64,000 bases of DNA from Lama glama (lineage: Eukaryota), in the NCBI GenBank assembly GCA_028534125.1, contig CM052816.1, forward strand, positions 67,830,001 to 67,894,000, given 5' to 3'. The notes beneath the pieces were generated by a model, which was given only the letters and a program-made list of their open reading frames with translations, did not search any database and had not been told where the DNA came from. This document shows, one piece after another, positions 49,291 through 61,469 of the stretch. The translations under genes were made by a program, and so were the position numbers. Every line of letters starts with the position of its first letter. The stretch's first letter is position 1.

Positions 49291-50049
49291 GCTTTTGAAG
49301 TTTTTTCCCTTGCTCTGGTGAAATTAAATCTCTTTTTTTTTTCTTTTTTGGTTTCTTTGAGATTGGGGTCACACACACAAAATGTGAGGCTCTGTCACAC
49401 ATTTGTAACTGAAGCGTACATACTTCGCTATTGGTGAACACTAACTCTGCCCTGGGGCAGAGTGTGAAGAAGAGGTGTATCTTTGTAGTTTGTCTTATCC
49501 TTTAAATTTGACAGTAAGAGGACAGAAAATGGCCCATGGAGAAAATGGTGATTAAAAAGAAAAAGCTAAAATCTGTCTTTATCCTCAATTCTGGACAATT
49601 AACACTGGAAACTGCAGCATTTTAAAACTGTGTGTTTCCACTCCACTTACTTTGCTTCATTTTAGGGCATGTAGGCGAATGGCCCTGGCCTGGAGCAGTG
49701 CAGTCAGCTGAGCTACAAACCGGGCCTGGCACACCTGTGTCTTTCCTCTGTGCCTCAGTTTCCACAGGTATAGAGAAACAGAGAAAATGGCAACTACTAC
49801 CTCCTTTTAGCACTGTCTTTGATTTCCTGATAAAAGCCTTCACAAAAGGGAAGTTAGTTTTTGACAAATGTATTGTGGGTGGGAGATGCTTATCAAATTT
49901 CTTTCTAACAAACTTTTATAAGGTGGAAGCTCTTTCTTTGAGATGAATTACAGACTGGGAAAAACAATGGCATAACTGATTCTTTATGGGCTCACATCTG
50001 ATTTTTGATTAATTTAACCCGATTCTCACTCACAAAGCAGGTTCTTCTA

Positions 50050-50290
50050 AATTCTGTTTAACAGACATGTATGTGGAGTGTCTGCTGTAAACCAACATCC
50101 TTTCCACAGGCCTTTCAAACCCACTGTTCTGCTTCATTCTCATAGCAACTTTCTGAAATAGCAATTGATATCCACTATGCCTGAAGAAGTGGAGGCTCAG
50201 AAACGCTGTAAGACTGGCCCAAGCTCACATAGAGCTAAGTTGGGGACTTAAACTCCAATAATTCTGCCTTCCACTCTTTTGCTTACTCCC
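50050..50290 (-). mobile_element. MIR (with possible L2 piece)
   Basis: ttcattctcatagcaactttctgaaatag...tgaagaagtggaggctcagaaa...gcccaagctcacatag. Confidence 0.6.
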
Positions 50291-50365
50291 CAATATGATA
50301 GTTGTATGGTACAGTGGTAATACAAGGGAACAGATGTAAATTTAAAAACCCAATAACCATTTTTT

Positions 50366-50440
50366 AAAATCATCACATTGTACAACTTAAACTTATGCAA
50401 TATTATATGTTAATTACATCCCAATAAAACTAGACAAAAA
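50366..50440 (+). mobile_element. L1MA9/10-like extreme 3' end
   Basis: aaatcatcacattgtacaacttaaacttatgcaatattatatgttaattacatcccaataaaactag. Confidence 0.7.
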
Positions 50441-50827
50441 TTACTGTACTTGTTTGAATATACATTGACTTTACATGTGTAGATCCAATTTGGCTATTTA
50501 TCCAGAGTAAATCTTCTGCCGCCACAACTAAACCTGTGAGAAGTCGAAGTAGTGCCAACTTTCCGATAGCTTAGAATGATTTTTTATTTTTCCTTTTTGT
50601 TGAGTGGTTCATGGAAATCTAGGATTAATCAGGAAATAAGCATTAACATAAAAGCATTGACCATGACCAGGAAGAGTACTAAGCTTCACCCTCCCCTTCT
50701 ATGACCTGGATCGATGAGCAATGTCTCCAAGCCTCTTTCTAATGCTGGATGAGGGCTCACTTGGAGAACGAACATCCCCCATTCCCCAAATTCTACCTAT
50801 TCTTCCAGGTGTGGATGAAATCCCACC

Positions 50828-50950
50828 TTCTTTTTTTTTTTTTAGCTTTTAAATTTTTTAAATTTTATTTTTAATGGAGGTACTAAGGATTGAAACCAGG
50901 ACGTAGTGCGTGCTAAGCACACACTCTACTGCTGAGCTACACCCTTCCCC
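50828..50950 (-). mobile_element. Vic-1-type SINE inserted in an L2 relic (about 50770-51270)
   Basis: tggaggtactaaggattgaaaccaggacgtagtgcgtgctaagcacacactctactgctgagctacacccttcccc; TSD ATGAAATCCCAC (50815-50826) / ATGAAATCCTAC (50951-50962). Confidence 0.92.
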
Positions 50951-52104
50951 ATGAAATCCTACTCTTGTGAGGCCTCTGTCCCTGATTCTCATGAGAGTTA
51001 TGTCCTTTCTTAAATTCCCAGAGTTCCCACCTTCCAGTCCTCAGTTCATTGTTCATGGAGATTGTATATCTCTTCCACTGGTATGTGGACCAAGTATCTA
51101 GATATTTCACTGTTCAACTTTGCATAAGCTTATATTTGATCTTCTTCACTGGATTGCCTTATACACTGGTTTGGAGTGAGGAATCAAATCTAATTCCTTG
51201 GATGACTCAAGGCCTTGAACATATCTGGTGCCCAGTAAATGTGTATTTCTGTTAGATTTGATTAGCTTGCCAATGAGAAAAATAGACAAGAGTCATGAAT
51301 TCTACCCCTAAGGAAATAGACTTACTCTGCCATCTTAGTAATTGTTTGTTTCCTTTAATTCCCACCCCCACCCCCCCAAAGTGGTTAGCTGCGAATTAAG
51401 TCTCTGCTGGTGCCAGCAAAGACCATGGTAACATAAGCTCTTTTGTGTGTGTGTCTGGCTTGAAGATTTTCAGGGAGAAGAAATAAAGTTGGGAAGGAAC
51501 AAAGAAGAATGTGTTTTGGGAGTCTTAACAGCAGTTGGTCAAGAAAGTCAGTATTCCTGGGACATATTTACAATATTTGTATTTATGATGGTGTGACAGG
51601 ATAATTAATCCAGCAAAAGATGCACTTAAAAAACAATCTGTCCCTTGGTGATTGACTTATCCCCAGAGTGGCTCTAAAAAAGCATGTTCCCATTTCATTT
51701 GGGATTAAGTGCCTTGATTGGAATGTGTTCATTGTAAGGCTGTTAGGGATGTTGGTAATCAAAGAGCAGAGATGCTCATGGTTTGAAGAGAGGACAACCC
51801 CTGATGTGGATGGGTAGCTAGCCTCACAGGAACCCTGTTTCTGATCACTGTGCTGAGGAAGGGGAGACCAAAGGATGGGCCCTGGGTGTACAGGACTCGT
51901 GTCCTCTTCCCCTGAAGGCCGTGGGCAATGATAAAGTAATTAGTCATCACAGAGCTCTGTTGACTTGTCTGCTCAAATCAATAAACATTCTCATTTCCAC
52001 TGACTCATTTAGTGGGAAAAAAGATGACAGTCAAGAAAGAGGGAGGGAGGGGGCAGGACAGGAAGTTTGTAATTTATCACAGTGTATTCTCCTCTCTCCC
52101 CCAA

Positions 52105-52515
52105 TATTTTATAATGAATATTTTCAAACATACAGAAAAAAATGGAGTTACACAGTGAACAACCATATACTCACTTATAGTCTACAATGAACATTTTGTT
52201 AGAATTATTTTATTACCTATCTCTCCATCCCTCTATCAATTTGTCCTAAAAGCAGCATTCTATGAGTTTTGTCAAAGGCTTTTATCTGTGTAACCCAAGC
52301 CCTTATCCAGATATTAAATATAATCTTCATCTCAGAAAGTTCCTTCCTGCCCCTTCCTAAGTAATCCCTGCTCCTACCTCACTCCCAGAGGCAAACACTT
52401 TCCTATTTCTCTTACAGCAGAGAAGTTTTGCCTATTCTAGAACTTTGTATGAGGCTTCTTTCACTCTAATAGTATTTTTGAAATTCATCCATGTTGTTGT
52501 GTATGTCCATTTTTT
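52105..52515 (-). mobile_element. Old L1M (L1MC/L1ME) fragments
   Basis: tattttcaaacatacagaaaa...acagtgaacaaccatatac and cagaaagttccttcctgccccttcc...ttttgcctattctagaactttgtat...tgaaattcatccatgttg. Confidence 0.75.
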
Positions 52516-52616
52516 TTTTGTTAACTCATCTCTATTCATCTTCAGAGATTCTCAGGTTAGCAACATCTTTAGAAAGCAGTAGGGAAAGGGGGGAGTAAAG
52601 GGTATTTTTTGGTATC

Positions 52617-52945
52617 TTTTTTTATTGAATTGTAGTCAGTTTACAACATTGTGTCAATTTCTAGTGTACAGCATAATGTTTCAGTCATACATATCCATAC
52701 ATATATTCGTTTTCATATTCTTTTTCATTATAGGTTACTGTAAGATATTGAATATAGTTCCCTGTGCTATACAGTATAAACTTGTTGTTTATTTATTTTA
52801 TATATAGTAGTTAGTATCTGCAAGTCTCAAACTCCCAATTTATCCCTTCCCACCCCTTTTTCCCCCTGAGAACCATAAGTTTGTTCTCTATGTCTGTGAG
52901 TCTGTTTCTGTTTTGTAAATAAGTTCATTTGTGTCTTTTTTTTTT
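52617..52945 (-). mobile_element. Young camelid-type L1 3'UTR
   Basis: attgaattgtagtcagtttacaacattgtgtcaatttctagtgtacagcataatg...aaccataagtttgttctctatgtctgtgagtctgtttctg. Confidence 0.92.
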
Positions 52946-52949
52946 TAAG

Positions 52950-53070
52950 AGTTGAAAGGGACCCTAGTGATAGCTATATTGGCCCTTGATTTTCTATATG
53001 AAGCGATTAAGGACCAGTGATTGCTCTAAGCTGAAACTAGAACCCAGGTCTCCTGACTCAATGCTCGAAA
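52950..53070 (-). mobile_element. MIR fragment
   Basis: agttgaaagggaccctag...gaaactagaacccaggtctcctgactc. Confidence 0.6.
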
Positions 53071-53751
53071 TGGTTAGGAAGGCAGCTGAGTGGGGCTGTT
53101 GTTTTGAGCTGAAGCCGTGTGAGACTTGAGAGTTTCGACAGAGATTTGCTTTAGAGGATGTGAAACTCCACTAACCTCATGTGACAAGAAATCCTTGGAG
53201 GCCTTGGTGTGGAGCCAGCGGGGGAAGTCTGACGTGGCTTCTGGTTACCAGCTCCTAATCTGAACCCACTGGCCCGGGATGACTTATGGCAAGTTTTCTG
53301 ATCTGCAATAAAATGAGACATGGGACAGGGCAAGCTTTTATACACCAGTGTGCACAGGCAGGTTAATACTAAAGGAACAAAACAAAAGCCAAGAAAGGCA
53401 CCTTCGGCCACAGGGCCCTCCCATAGAAAGGGACCTGGAGCTGAAAATAAAACACTGAGGGAGGGAGGGATGCTGTGTTACAGACAGAGCCTTTGTCTCC
53501 AATTCAGCCCAGGATGACAATGACCTGGCGGTGCCTGCCTGCCAGCTGTTGGCTGGCCTTTGTGAAAGTCCCTGATCTCTGCGCCAATGCTTAGTGGGCA
53601 GGTATCCATATCATGAAGCCAACTGGCACTGCCGGCACCTTTGTTGGTGAAATGAGCCCAATGTCAGGGAACTAAGGCTGCTGGGCTACTCTTGCTACCA
53701 GCTGGCAGGTGCAAACCCTGTGGGCAGGTGCCCTGGGGAGAGAGGGCTGGT

Positions 53752-53765
53752 ATTGCCATGGTAAC
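53752..53765. promoter_or_regulatory. RFX X-box-like motif
   Basis: ATTGCCATGGTAAC versus consensus GTTGCCATGGCAAC (12/14); function unverified. Confidence 0.4.
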
Positions 53766-54689
53766 TGATCAGAAAAGGACGTTTCTTCTTCAACGTCAGT
53801 TTGACCTCTTTTCTGCCTCGGGAATGTTGTGAGGAAGAAGGGACTTTGTGGCAACTCTGACTTGTGTGTGAATGCGTGCCTTGTCTGTTTTGAATGTATT
53901 ACTTCTAATTGGATCTTATTAGTGTCACCTGCTGAGCAAATCTGGGGGTTGGTGGGTCTCTTGGGGGATGTTGTCGTGGCTGAAGATCAGGCCGTCAGAG
54001 AAGTCCCAGGAGAGACAGTCCAGTGTAAACCAAGCAGGACTGAACAAAGAATTCCAAAGGTGTTTCTGAAGGGCAGCCAGTCAGGTTCGACGGGTTCTTT
54101 GGGCTATTCCGGGATAAGAGATTAGTGGTGACTGTTTGCGGCTTGTCACCCTAGATGTCCTTTAGCCAAACTGTCCTGGGCGCAGGGGTGAAGGGACCCT
54201 TGTCAGCTTACTGGGTGCCTCACCAGTTTGACACAATGAGTTCATTGTAAAGAAGCAAGCTTTTCTTGTCACCGCTGTCCTTCTCTCTGTAACTCTCTCA
54301 CTTATGCCTTTATCTTGGGCAAATACGTTTTTCTGGCTCTGATATAAAAGTTGAGATTCTCCTTGATATTAGTATTTCTGCATCTCATTCTGATAAAAAT
54401 TGATTCCGACTCAGGTTATTGGGTTAGGCGTCAGGAATTTTCCCATTTCCTATCTCCTGGGTGTGTTCATGTGATGAACTCCATTTTCCATGCCCTTAGA
54501 TTTCTGTTGTGAGAAATGACAGCACTGTAATAACAGGGGTGCTTCCTGAACCCCCTGGAAAATTTTGCTCCTTTCTGCCCACTGGGATGCTATCAAAATT
54601 ATTCAGATGAGATGCACCCTGACAGTGGGAACTATTAATGAATCTTGGTAAACCCTGAGCAAATTGCTTGCAAATATAACCATAGATGG

Positions 54690-54975
54690 AAGACTCAGTC
54701 TCCTAATGTGTAAAATGAAAAGATTAGATTGAATGATCTCTTCAGGACTTTGCCAGCTAGTTTCCTAAGATTTTTGCATTTCAACATAAAAAAGAAAAGC
54801 TCTAAATAAATTCAACAACTAACAAACTGCCCTTACTAACAAATCTCTTCACTAGATCCTTGTATTCAGTTAAGTATTTATAAGTCACCTACTAAGTCTA
54901 GGCACTCAGAATATAGAAGCAAATGAAGCATCATTTTCTATCTTGAGGGATCTCATGGTCCAATGGAGGGGTAGC
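54690..54975. mobile_element. MIR3 (+) and L2 (-) fragments
   Basis: gactcagtctcctaatgtgtaaaatga...gaatgatctcttcagg and attcagttaagtatttataagtcacctactaagtctaggcact. Confidence 0.6.
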
Positions 54976-55123
54976 AAGAAGTTAGTCTCAAAATTGTCAG
55001 GGGTTTGAAAGCAAAATTCTGCTTGGGAAAAGAAGTTATCTTTTGATTTGGAAAAGCAGCTTAATGGGTATATTTAATGCAGCAAAATGAGCTCCTGGCC
55101 TCGCACCCCACTTCCTGCACTGG

Positions 55124-55347
55124 CAGGGCCAGCACTAAGGTGATGGGAGGCACTTGCCTTGGGTGCAGAAGTAAAGAGATGCCAAACAACTTAGTGATCA
55201 AGATAAATACTACTACAATGCTATACTTAAACATCAAAATTTAAAAAAAATCCATGAAGAACAAAATATGCAAATTTTAAATAAAGAGAGGATCTGATTC
55301 TGCACATATAATCTTGCCTCACTTTCCTCACCCTAATTCTGGCCCTG
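55124..55347. mobile_element. MER96B-like hAT element with terminal inverted repeats
   Basis: Left CAGGGCCAGCACTAAGGTGA matches the reverse complement of the right end (CAGGGCCAGAATTAGGGTGA) at 17/20; internal atcaagataaata...aaaatccatgaagaacaaaatat. Confidence 0.75.
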
Positions 55348-55963
55348 GTTCCAATAAAACTTTATTTATAAAATTTTCCAATTTGATTTTTTAAAATGAC
55401 TGCATTAAAATATCTTAAGATTTAGACAAGAATGTAACATAGTTAAGAGTTTTGGAATTTTGTCATTAGAAACAGAAGACCCTTTCAGGGAATGGGGTCC
55501 CTGGGAGATGGTGATGAGCACAGCTGAGAAATTCTTCACGGTAGAGAATGGTTGATGAATATTTATGAAAGAGATGCCTAACAAAGGGTTTGATGTTGTT
55601 CCTTATACTGTGCTGCTACTACATACTCTATCCCCCAGCACTCAGTTAAAAGTCTGACACATACAATAACCCATGAATTCATGCTGATTTGAGAAAAAGG
55701 AAGGAAGAAGGGTGGTGTCCAGCACGGGAGGAAGTGGTCTAGTGAGAGGAGGGCAGATGGAGGAAGCAGGGAGGATGAAGCAAGGCCCAGCTTAGGAGAA
55801 GACTCATCCCCTGAAATCCTGTGGAGAGAAAATGTAAGAGGTTGGGACTTTGCAGTGCATGGGATGCAGCCTTGAGCTCTATGGGCTTTGCAATATTAAA
55901 GGAAAGAGAGAACCTCAGGTAACAGACACTGGGGCTACACTTGGAAATTAATAATTACGTTAC

Positions 55964-56391
55964 TGTCTGAATCTTTGATTTACCCCTCCAGGTCCACTCG
56001 CCATCCTTCTCCTTGCTTTCTTCCTGGGAGGCTACCCAATATGGACCACATAAAAAGCTCTCTTGCCCCTTGGCTTCCAGCTGGATTTGGCCAATGATGA
56101 GCACCAGTAGATATTTGGAAGGAGGGAGGAGAATGAATTGGTCCCTTTCCTAAGGGTTTGCTACTTATGGTTGCAGTTTCTGTCAAGGATCCTTCCCATT
56201 CCTTCTCAGGCTCTGGGAACCACTCCCTCCTGTTACCTTTTAAGGCTATGGGTGGTAACAGAGCCTCCTCTTATTTTCCCTGGGGATGCACTGTCTTTTG
56301 TGGTTTCTTACACCCTGCTTCTTAGTAAAGAGTCTGTCTCTTTTCAGTGTAAGGGTGCCAGTTGTCTCTTGCTGAGACCCTGACTGATACA
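55964..56391 (+). mobile_element. LTR33-family (ERVL) solo LTR
   Basis: tgtc...cccctccaggtccactcgccatccttctcc...ctcttgccccttggcttccagctggatttggccaatg...gagaccctgactgataca. Confidence 0.85.
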
Positions 56392-58639
56392 GATGTGAGA
56401 AATATTTCACAAGTTGTACAGAGTGTTATAGGTTAGAGGTGGAGGAAGCAACCAACTGCCCAGTGAGAAGGGGGATAGGTAGGCATATTTGGTGATGTTT
56501 GCACTGAATCTTGTGGAATGAGATGTTTCCATGGGATTAGGAAAAACCCTAGCCTGAAAACAGTCTTGCATCTTCCAGGCAGGTATTGGTGTACGTGAAT
56601 CTCAATGGTCTACAAGATCTTAAAAGACAGTGATTCCAGTGGGCTTTAAAAGCACAGGAATGCTTAAGCAATAAAATAGCAACCACCCATACACTTATAA
56701 TCCCTGCTGATAATCTGTCATGCTTTCTTCCAGACTTTTTACAGAGTTGAAATTATACTCCTTGTAAGATTTTGGATCCTGGTTTTCTTTAACATTACAT
56801 AAAAAGTAATTTCCCCACAAACTGAAAGAAGCTGCTGCAAATATTTGTTCAGAGGCTGCTCCTTTTAGAGGTAGCAGAATAATCTTAAAGAACTGACTGC
56901 TATTACGTCATATAGGTGTACTGTGATTTTTAAAAAAATAATGCTCAAGCAATTTTGCATTTTTATGACATCAAAAATATTTTTTTTGCTTGTTGAATTA
57001 AGAAAATTGCTACAAAAAAAAAAAACCTGACCACAGACATATCTGTACTTCGAGATGGCTGAATTTGTGTAGCTTTTTGGTTGGTTGTTTTTTTAATACT
57101 AAGGAAGACTGAGTTTTCCCTTGGTAGGTGAGGAAGAGAGGAAGTGGTACATGGGACTCCATTCTGAGGGCAGGCGCAGCAACTTGGCCAGGAAGGGACT
57201 CTTTACGGATAGACATTAGCAGCAGTGATGCCTGAGTTAAATTTTATGTTGTGCTATATAATTCCTTCCCAAATTTTCCAAAAGTTCAGTGTTAGTCTTA
57301 CACAACATGGACTTTATGTTCACGGTGACTTGTGGAGGGAACAGGCAAGAACAGCGTATGTGTGAAGGACAAAGGGCTGTGAAGAGTGGACAAGAGGGGC
57401 AGATCTGACTAGGAGGAGCCTGGACCAGGGGTTTGGGGAGAGAGGTGACTGGCAATCTCCCAAGGGAAGCATCTTGGGGCTAATCTTCTGAAGTATGAGA
57501 CGGGCCCTTCTGTAGTTCCAAGAATTATATCTGGGTATTAAAGGAAAGGGCAATCCCCAAGCCTGAAAGACAGGTTAGATGTCATGCCTATAGAAAGTAA
57601 TAAGGGAAACAAAGGCGGGGATGGATGAGAAGATACTATGAAGGACGGATTTGGTGACTGTGTGAGAAGGTGCTGGACTTTAGAACAGAATGAAGGAAGT
57701 AACATTTTATCATATCAGAACAGTTCCTGCAAAATGATTGGGAAAAGAGTACATGTTTTGAACAGGATTTGGAAAGGGGAAAAAGGTAAACTCCACCTGG
57801 AGAGAAGTAAACTTGCTTTTATAAGGCTGAAATGTGGGAAGGTAAGCTATGATCCAACTTATTATTTGTAATGGGATCTTATAGGAAAGGGATTAGTATT
57901 CCAGTGGACTTGACCCCAGAAGTACTTGGGGTTTCCTGTCTCGTTGTTCATCCCACGACGAGGCTAGTTCAAAATTTGAAATTAGCTGTGAGTTTCTTTT
58001 TCAGTTATCTATTTTTCCATTAGAAATCTGAAATAAGTGACTTATTTATTCTCATGTTATTATCCAATCCATTTTTCAGCTCACACTCAACCTCTGTAGA
58101 CATAGAGCTGGGGAATGGCTTAGAAAAAACATCTGATTGAGATGGTTTTCATATGACTTTGCCAAAAGGGATTTCTGCATTCAGACTGAGAGTCTTCCAC
58201 CCTGAGAACTGCCTTAACCGAACATTCAAATCAGCTTTGCAAGAACTTGGATATGGAATTCATTCTAGTTTCTGCAAATAACTTATAGAGTGGTTCTATT
58301 TTTCCCTGGGAAATGAAAACATAGCATCTCTTTGGGCAGGGTTTGGAGAATTCCAGAAAATACAGGAGGAATAAAGTTTTGATGTGGCTTTTGTTGTCAT
58401 ACTGATTGGATAGACTTTAGTTTGGGAATCTGTCTTAGAAAGGAGAAAGCAGGATTTGGGCAAGAAGGCTGTTTTAATAAAAATAATCTTTGAAGATCAG
58501 AGACCCATTACTTATACATAAGACAGGTTAAATGGCCGTTACTTCTGCTGCATACATATAATCTTATGTTTATGGAGTATGAAAAACAGTACTGACCACC
58601 CCTATCCAAAGTCAATTAAAATGGCTCCACATAATTTCT

Positions 58640-58790
58640 TTTTTTAAAAAACACATTTATTGTGGTATGGTTCCTGTGCAGTAAACTGCACATATTTCAG
58701 AGTGTACAATTTGATGAATTTTGATAGATGTATACACCAATGGAACCACTACCACAATCAAGATAGCTAACATTTCCATCACTCCCCAAG
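58640..58790 (-). mobile_element. Old L1MB/ME 3' end
   Basis: tttattgtggtat...cagtaaactgcacatatttcagagtgtacaatttgatgaattttga...accacaatcaagata...aacatttccatcactccc. Confidence 0.85.
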
Positions 58791-58792
58791 AG

Positions 58793-58892
58793 GTGCAACT
58801 TTCAAATTCCCAATTTATCCCTTCCCACCTTCTTTACCCCCTGGTAACCATAAGTTTGTTCTGTATATCTGTGAGTCTGTTTCTGTTTTATA
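58793..58892 (-). mobile_element. Young camelid-type L1 3'UTR fragment
   Basis: caaattcccaatttatcccttcccacc...ctggtaaccataagtttgttctgtatatctgtgagtctgtttctgtttt. Confidence 0.85.
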
Positions 58893-59164
58893 TTATTTCT
58901 ATACTGAAAATTACAGCCAACCTCTGGAAAGCATAAATAAATAAATAAATAAATACCCATAAAAACATAAAAATACTTCCTTCTGTCCAGCAATATGGCA
59001 TTCTTTTATGTGAGGTGTCTCTGGGCTGGAAAGTAGGACTGAACTCAGTGCTCTGGCATCTGTTTTTCTTGTACTGACATGGTTTTGAACATGGCATTGT
59101 AAGATTTCTAACATCGGCGTCAGGGCTCTTTATCTGAGCTTATCACTTTTCCTAATAATTTGAA

Positions 59165-59710
59165 TGCAAATATAGAACACATATTTGGATATTTGAAGAT
59201 CACATAAATTTGGGAGAATCTACTAACTGAATCAATATTCCTAAAAGACCTCCACATGTTAGATTGCTGGACTGAAACCAAGGGGATAAAGTTTAACAAG
59301 AAATGAATATTAGATCCTGGATTAAAAAAGATCAGTTGACTGGAGATGACTGGCTTAACAGAAGCTCATGTGAAAAGTGTCATGAGTTTTATCACCAGGA
59401 AGTTCAGTGGGAGTCCAGTGTCATATGACAAGCATCAGCTCTTAGAATGCATTCATGGAGGTAGGATCCCCCTATCAAGGATGGTCCTGTATTTTAACCC
59501 TGTTAAACCTCAGCTGAATCCCGTATCTTTAAAAGTGTCAAAGACAAATCTGAGTTTGTTTGGAGACAGTTAACGAGGTAGCAAAAAGCAGGTAACTGTC
59601 TCATATAGGAAACTGTTGCAGGATTTGCAGGAGCCATGATCCAGCTCAAAGAGGAAAAGCTCAGGAGGAGGTCTGAGTGACTGCTGTGTGGAAATATTTA
59701 TCTGAAGGAT
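59165..59710 (+). mobile_element. CR1/L3 LINE fossil (RT C-terminal region)
   Basis: Piecewise translation gives FEDHINLG, DLHMLDCWTETKGIKFNK, WLNRSSCEK, LYFNPVKPQLN, DKSEFVWRQLTR and SYRKLLQDL, collinear with CR1 motifs FADDTKLG / DLDRLE.WA..N.MKFNK / LYSALVRPHLE / DKLERVQRRATR / YEERLKEL. Confidence 0.85.
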
Positions 59711-61469
59711 TGAGAGTTTCCTGGAATTTGAGTGTCTAGCACTGGGGCAAGACCAAGATCAATGTCTGGAGTTTGCAGGGAACTCCTTCAGGATTTGATA
59801 TAAAGAATAATTATCTGATAAATAAAATTCGTTCAAAAGCAAAATGCACTGGCATGGGAGGAGGGAGTCCCCTGATCCTGACAAATGAGGCCAACCTTCC
59901 GGCAAGGAGGTTGTGGGGAGATTGAAGTGTGAAGCTGTATTAGATCTTCCTTTGGATTCTATCCCTTGCCAAGTAGGCAAAGTTTGTCTCTGGAGCTGTA
60001 GCACTTCTCCTTTATCCCAGCTGTCACTCTGGGAAAGACAGGATCACCTGCATCCCACTACATTAATGACTTATAAGGCATGAGGTCTGGAGCCCAGAGA
60101 AATTTAGACTTCTGTAAGTTCCCACCAAACAGGTGTGTTTCTGTTCATGCAAACTACACTTGCTTTAATCTACAAACAAAGGAAATGTTGTAAGAATGGG
60201 AGATTTTCATGTGTAAGAATAAGCTCCCAGAGGGAGACATTTGGGCAACTTGCACATCTTAAATGAAAACATATAATCATGTCTCTATATCCTATGGAAG
60301 CAGGAAGCCAGGGACGATACATCCTCACCTGCCTGTCCTGTACAGTATGCTGGCCTGTTTCCCCAGGGCTACAGCAGGATCATTACCTAATGGGCGCAGG
60401 GGAAACAGACTCTTCTGTCTACTGTTCTTTCGTATTGCTGTGGGATTAAAAGATCAGTATGAACAGTAGCTGTGATCTTGGTGTTTGATGGGGATTGTTT
60501 AGCCACCTTCTTACTAGGTCACTTTATCTCAGCGTTGAAGGTGGACGATGAGGACAGAGTATTTGAATATGGCTGCAGTCATCAGCTCTCAGCTTATTCC
60601 TCCTCTCTCTTCTGTCTCCCAGCCAGCAAGGAGAGTGGAACAGGAGGGTGTCTTCCCTGCAAGAAAGCAGGATACCAAATGTTTGGAAAGTGAAGAGTCA
60701 CCATCCCACGAGATGGGAGAAAGGCCTGGAAGGGAGAGAACTGAAGAGTACTTTTCTCTCTCATCCGGGAGGCTCCTAGGGACCCCTCCCTGAACCCAGC
60801 ATCCCTCCTGTTGGTCTCTTTGCAGAGACGTGCAGGGGCCCAGTGGAGTTCCTGAGGAATCCTGCAGCTGCTGGGGGCTTGTAGGAGATGGGCAGTGTAG
60901 CTCCCAGTCCTTGTTAATCCCACAAATGTCCCATTGAGGGGAGCAGGAGAAGGGAGAGGCATCCAGGGCTGGCCCCGGGGTCCCTCAATGGGGGCACTGT
61001 TCGGGCTTGGGTGGAAGCCAGCCCTGACACCATGCTGGTTGTTAAAGCCTCATTCTTCCCAAGGAGGCGGCTGGAAAGGCAGCAGAACAGCTGAGGCTCC
61101 AGAAAAGGTACTTCTCTTGTTCTTCACAAGGCCGGACTGACACATGAGAGGAAGCCACTTCCTTGTCAATTATTCTCTGTTGTTCATTACATTTACATCT
61201 CAAGCATTTTGCCTCTTCCTTTTTATTCTCATTTTACTACTCAAGACCCCACACTGATGGTTTTTTCCCTTCTACCCCCAATCTCAACGGAAACGTAGAA
61301 ATGATGTCAAATTTTTCTGTCTTGTGCTGGTCCCCTTGGGCAGCCCATCAGAGAAGCACCCTGAGAATGGCCCCAGTTTTGCTGCTGCTTTTGAGCCTCA
61401 TAGTAATTCAAAGTCTCTTTCAAAAATAAAGAGTGCTGCTTTGGAGCTAGTGAAGTACTAGAGGCCCAC

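Noticed and set aside
60417..60472. miR-199-like precursor (CTACTGTTC...ACAGTAG)
   Set aside because: The mature miR-199 sequences are absent and the stem is too short for a pre-miRNA.
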